Origin: Neocallimastix sp. 'constans'
Taxonomy: Eukaryota
Assembly (NCBI GenBank): GCA_050613775.1
Contig: JBODTK010000110.1
Location: 434,001 to 498,000 of the forward strand
Direction: 5' to 3'
Length of the DNA: 64,000 bases
The position numbers and the translations under genes were made by a program. Positions 59,251 through 64,000 of the stretch are shown piece by piece. The notes under the pieces were generated by a model that saw only the letters and a program-made list of their open reading frames with translations, searched no databases and was not told the DNA's origin. How positions within the stretch are numbered: position 1 is the stretch's first letter; every line of letters starts with the position of its first letter.

Positions 59251-60086
59251 AAATAAAATGTAAGAAGTGAAAAAAACTATAAAAAAATTCCCATCCTATA
59301 AAAAAGTCTTAAATACAAACTTTGGAGTGAATCAGTCACCTACATTTCCATTTTACAATAGCTACATGAGTTTAAATAATACTATAGAAAATATATATAT
59401 ACAAAATACAAAATAATGCTAAAAGTAAAAAATATAATAAGATTCATTACAATGATGATATGTAGAAACTACATGATATTATTAATTATACAAACTCCAA
59501 TGACACTACATAACCAGTTTAAAACAATATAAAACATCAGATTCACTTTCTATAGTCTTCCAATATTCCATATTTTCATCCTTCGTACTAGAAGTCATTT
59601 AAAAAAGAATTAAGTATTAATTTTCATTAGAATTACAGAAAATTGTAATTAATACATCTGATATAGGCTATTCCTTTTCCATCAACATTCACTGGATCTG
59701 GAAAAGTTGTTCATATCATTGGGAATTACTACAAATTTAATACAATATAAATTTATACAGTTAAATTATTTTACACATTAATAATAATTAAAATATTAAA
59801 GCATAACGTTCTTTTATTTATTTATTTATTTTAATATAACACTTTTTATTTATTTACTTTATTTATTTTTTTTATTTATTTATTTTAAAATGGCACTTTT
59901 TTATTTGTTTACTTGATTTTTTTTTATTTTAATAGCACTTTTTATTTATTTACTTTATTTATTTTTTTTTTTAATCACTTCTTTTTTTTTTTTTTTTTTT
60001 TTTTATGGACTTAATTAATTATGGGCAATTAGATAAAATATTGTATATTATACTATACTAATTTTATATTATATATATATTCTTTT

Positions 60087-60122
<36 letters not shown>

Positions 60123-60304
60123 TTTATTTTTTTTTTATAAAAAAAAAAATTAGAATTGCTTATTAAAATAAAATAAAATAAAATTTAACAAAACTAATCA
60201 CAAATAGTAATAAAAAATTTTTTAAAAAAAAAAAACATTAATAAAAAATAACAAATAAAAAAAAAAATTTATATAATTTAAAATATTATAAAAAAATTTT
60301 TTTT

Positions 60305-63300
60305 TTAAACATAACATGTTCTTAATAATAGATATAAAAATTTTGAATAGAATTGATGAAAAATAATTATAAACTTTTCATTTAATTTAGAATTAATAAT
60401 GGATAGATCATCAATTCCAAAAGTCAATGAAAAGGATTTTCTCTGAAAAGAGTATATAAACATCATTAGAAAAAATAATTTTAATTTTCCTACTAAAAAT
60501 AAAAATACCATTTCTAATGAACTCTGTGTATGCTTATAATATTTGGTTAAATCATTTAAAATGAATTTAAAAATATTATAAAGTGAAGATTTTATGAATT
60601 GAATTAATAATGATGGAGTAACAGGCGTTAATGATAATGATGTTAATGATGTTGACAATATTGACAACTCACGATTGAAATCAATATTATAAGTAGTTGT
60701 TGTTGTATCATCATCAAGATCATAGTTATAATTATCGTCACTCCCCCTATTATTATTTCTTCTTCTTTTTCTTCTTCTCAATGTATTATTATTATTAATA
60801 ATATTACTGTTATTATTATTGTTATTGTTATTAAAATTAAAATAAAATGGATAGGAAGAATCAGTTTTATTTTCAAGTTTCGTTTTATTAATTTTTGTTT
60901 TAAAAGATACTGAAAAATGATATATATCTATAAAATTATTTAATAGTTTAAATAAAATAGCAAGGATAGAATAGGGTTCATCATCAAAATAATTCAATGG
61001 TTTACCATTAATGAAATATTCGAACAATGGATTCATCCTAGACTTGACAAGTGTTAAACATTTTTCATTGCTTTTAGATTTACAATGACAATGAATTATA
61101 AATGATGGACCAATAGAAGGGTTATGATTTTTCTTTATCTTAGATTTACTTTTGTTACGGGAATTAAAAGGCCTTCCTTCTAATTTTCTTTTACCTATCG
61201 TCTTATCAGCCTTTGATATGTACTGTTGAGGATTAGGGTTAGTAGTTAATTTCTTTATCCGGTCAAGTAATTGAACACTAAAAATATATAGATAGAGTGG
61301 AAGCTGAGGAATATAATATCTTAATAAGAAGGAATAATTTTTAGGTTGAGAACTCATCCATATAAAATTTATATTCAATAATGTAATCTCCTTAAAATTA
61401 ATTCGTAAGAAATGTTTCGAAAAAAAAGAATTTCCATTCCATTGATAAGAACATTGTAATTTGGAAGGATCTTCTTTCATTTCTGATGGAAAAGACAATA
61501 TATTCAACGTTTTAATATTTATCATAGCAATATCTGTCACATTAATGAGAGCTTTACTATTTATATTACTATTTTCATCAATTAATTTTTTGTTTTCATT
61601 GACTTTCAAATCAACAATTTTATTTGATTTTGTTCCTTCAACTAACTTTGCATCTTCAGTTACTTTGTTCATACTTTCAAAAGTTTTTGAATCTTCCATA
61701 CAATTACTATTTTCAAATTTATTTGATTCAACATCTTTCGGAAAAACCTTTTTCGCTTTTTCTATTTTTTTTGGTTCTTCTGTTTCTTTCGTTTCATTAC
61801 TTTCTGATTTTTCTTTTTTAGATGTTGAACTTTGCCTCACTTTATTCTCTAATTGTTTTTCTTTCTCTAATGAATCCCTTCTCACTTTATCTGGGTTTTC
61901 CGTTTCCGATAAGGTAGTCTTTTTAATAAGGATGTCGTCCTCCACTACAGCTCCACCTTCTTTTTTATCTTGAAATACTTCTGTCCGAGAACTACCAATT
62001 AATTGCTTCTTATAAAATGAGGCGATTTTATCCGAAAATAGTTGCGGTGAATTTGTACGACTATGATTAATTTTTTCCTGATAATTTAAATTCGTTTTAA
62101 TTTTCAAATTAGATAGGACTTCCTCATTATTTATTGATTTTTCCAATTTAGAAGAAGAATCATCACTTAATAATTCATCAAAACTGTAATCTTCCCATGA
62201 TTCTGGTACTTCATGATTTAATGAGGTAAGTAAAATTTTATTACAATGTGGATCACTTTGATTTTGATTTGAATTTTCACTTTCTATTTCATCCTCATCT
62301 TCTGTACTAAAGATATTTGCATTTATTCTTAATGGAGTTGGATTAATAACATGATTAGTATTGTTATCATTTCTTAATGGATTAAATGGTGAGGATGGAA
62401 TATTATGATGATGATGATTCTCATTATGTAATGGATTAAATGGAGATCGAATACTTTGACAACTACCATTACTTCTTAATGAATTACTATGACGACTACA
62501 TATACTTCCAACTTTAATGGATCGATAAAGTCGATTATCTCTTGGTGAATAAAGATCATCTTCCAAATAAAAGGTTTCATTTTCCAATCCTCTACAAAAG
62601 ATTTTAAGATTATGATTCTTTCCTTTTCTATTTTCTTTCTTATTTTCTAATCTTTTACCTTTATTTTCAATTTCATCTTCAATATCAGAATCTTTTTCAT
62701 GTTCATGTTCATATTCAAGTTTATGATCATATTTATGATCATGTTTATACTTATAACTATTTTTATTTTCATGTTTATATACATATTGATTTTCTTCAGT
62801 TTCTTCTTCAACTTCAACTTTACTTTCTTTTTCTTCTTCTTCTTCTTCTTCGTCACTTTCAATAAAATCATCTTCTTCTTCTTCTTCTGTATGACGTGAA
62901 CAAAAACTGAAATGAGAAAGAGAAGAACGATTCAATAAATAATAATGACCATCATATTGATTATTATTTACAAAAGTTTGATCATTAAAGGTAAATTCCT
63001 TGATATTATTTTCATCTTTTTCATCATCATCATCATAGAAGCCACTACTATTAAAATCATTTCTTTCCATATGATCTTCATAATGCTTAATGAATCCTGG
63101 TGTATTATTGTAGGTAGATGAATTTGAGGAAGAAAAGTTGTATGATAAAGGAGAATCTTTCTTTGAAATTGGAGTAATCGGAATTGGGGTGGAATGATTA
63201 CTTTTCGTTGAGGAAAGAGGATTATATTTTGACTCATCGTACATTTCATCAATCGATAAAATAGCTTCTTTTAATTGAGCAAGATTCCATCTTTGTTCTG

Positions 63301-64000
63301 GATCAGTCTTGAAAATATTCTTTAAAATAGTATTCATTTCATCTGATAGACCTAATTGTTGTTGAAGTATATTAGGATTACTGGTGCTGAATTCATAATA
63401 GATATTATCCTCTGAAGAAGCATAAGCCCATGGATTACGTTCAAAACGTAAATTGACAAGGATCACACCTAATGCCCAAATATCTGACTTTTCTGGACTG
63501 TAACCTTTTGAGGTAGTATCAACACATTCTGGTGGTTCATATCTAAGGGTACCACAGTCATAATCTCTTGACCATTGGTCATCACAAGCTAAACCAAAAT
63601 CAGCAATTTTAATGTCACCATCAACAGTAATTAAAATATTTTCAGGTTTCAAATCACGATGATAAATTTTTCTTTCATGTAAAAATTGAACTGTATCAAT
63701 TAAAATTTCAAATACTTCCTTAGTATATTGATTTCCAAAACCATGATTATGAACAATAGCTTCAAATAAATCGCATTCACATAAATCTAAAACGAAAAAT
63801 AAATTTTCTTCTGTATCAATAACTTGGTATAAATTAACAATGTTTGGATGATTTTCAAGACTTTGTAAAAGTGCAGCTTCTCGATATTGAAGTTTAAGTT
63901 GAAATGAATTTAATCCTTTTTTAACAATACATTTTACTGCAAATAAATTATGATCGATATCTTCTGCTTTATATACAACAGCAAAAGAACCATAGCCTAT
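60305..64000 (-). CDS. Ser/Thr protein kinase, Ran1/Pat1-Sks1-Ksp1 type, with a very long C-terminal extension; 5' end lies outside the window
   Basis: Open frame from 64000: IGYGSFAVVY, FAVKCIVKKGL, QYREAALL, HPNIV, YHRDLKPENIL, IADFGLA, DCGTLRYEPPEC, SDIWALGVILVNLRFERNPW. The LVNL...RNPW signature is typical of the Ran1/Pat1 group. Confidence 0.9.
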   Translation of the reverse strand: MGYGSFAVVYKAEDIDHNLFAVKCIVKKGLNSFQLKLQYREAALLQSLENHPNIVNLYQVIDTEENLFFVLDLCECDLFEAIVHNHGFGNQYTKEVFEILIDTVQFLHERKIYHRDLKPENILITVDGDIKIADFGLACDDQWSRDYDCGTLRYEPPECVDTTSKGYSPEKSDIWALGVILVNLRFERNPWAYASSEDNIYYEFSTSNPNILQQQLGLSDEMNTILKNIFKTDPEQRWNLAQLKEAILSIDEMYDESKYNPLSSTKSNHSTPIPITPISKKDSPLSYNFSSSNSSTYNNTPGFIKHYEDHMERNDFNSSGFYDDDDEKDENNIKEFTFNDQTFVNNNQYDGHYYLLNRSSLSHFSFCSRHTEEEEEDDFIESDEEEEEEEKESKVEVEEETEENQYVYKHENKNSYKYKHDHKYDHKLEYEHEHEKDSDIEDEIENKGKRLENKKENRKGKNHNLKIFCRGLENETFYLEDDLYSPRDNRLYRSIKVGSICSRHSNSLRSNGSCQSIRSPFNPLHNENHHHHNIPSSPFNPLRNDNNTNHVINPTPLRINANIFSTEDEDEIESENSNQNQSDPHCNKILLTSLNHEVPESWEDYSFDELLSDDSSSKLEKSINNEEVLSNLKIKTNLNYQEKINHSRTNSPQLFSDKIASFYKKQLIGSSRTEVFQDKKEGGAVVEDDILIKKTTLSETENPDKVRRDSLEKEKQLENKVRQSSTSKKEKSESNETKETEEPKKIEKAKKVFPKDVESNKFENSNCMEDSKTFESMNKVTEDAKLVEGTKSNKIVDLKVNENKKLIDENSNINSKALINVTDIAMINIKTLNILSFPSEMKEDPSKLQCSYQWNGNSFFSKHFLRINFKEITLLNINFIWMSSQPKNYSFLLRYYIPQLPLYLYIFSVQLLDRIKKLTTNPNPQQYISKADKTIGKRKLEGRPFNSRNKSKSKIKKNHNPSIGPSFIIHCHCKSKSNEKCLTLVKSRMNPLFEYFINGKPLNYFDDEPYSILAILFKLLNNFIDIYHFSVSFKTKINKTKLENKTDSSYPFYFNFNNNNNNNNSNIINNNNTLRRRKRRRNNNRGSDDNYNYDLDDDTTTTTYNIDFNRELSILSTSLTSLSLTPVTPSLLIQFIKSSLYNIFKFILNDLTKYYKHTQSSLEMVFLFLVGKLKLFFLMMFIYSFQRKSFSLTFGIDDLSIINSKLNEKFIIIFHQFYSKFLYLLLRTCYV

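Noticed and set aside
60305..60322. C-terminal prenylation motif on the kinase (RTCYV*)
   Set aside because: The Cys is third from the end, not fourth, so it is not a CaaX box.

Overview
Extremely AT-rich, intron-rich eukaryotic DNA. The gene set, GT-AG introns and microsatellite load suggest an anaerobic gut fungus (Neocallimastigomycota); this taxon assignment is inference. I assembled ten host protein-coding genes by hand: the 3' end of MCM4, Rab6/Ypt6, a LIM-domain-binding (LDB1/SEUSS/Mfg1-like) regulator, a SET/MYND protein, a secreted HGGG-type esterase, a 1281-aa low-complexity coiled-coil protein, SRP40/Nopp140, IPP1, an EEP/neutral-sphingomyelinase-like enzyme, and a 5'-truncated Ran1/Pat1-type kinase. 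Intergenic DNA holds many retroelement relics: a tRNA-headed, T-tailed SINE with a 16-bp target-site duplication (TSD), several 5'-truncated LINE ends, a Gag-only LTR relic and copia RT/RNase H fragments. The most unusual items are (i) a ~1.2-kb GC-richer island of decayed bacterial-type genes (DUF927-like and ComEC-type metallo-beta-lactamase fold) between SRP40 and IPP1, (ii) a ~1.1-kb non-coding element built from nested inverted repeats, and (iii) a signal-anchored SET/MYND protein with degenerate catalytic motifs. All calls come from reading the sequence; no searches were run.
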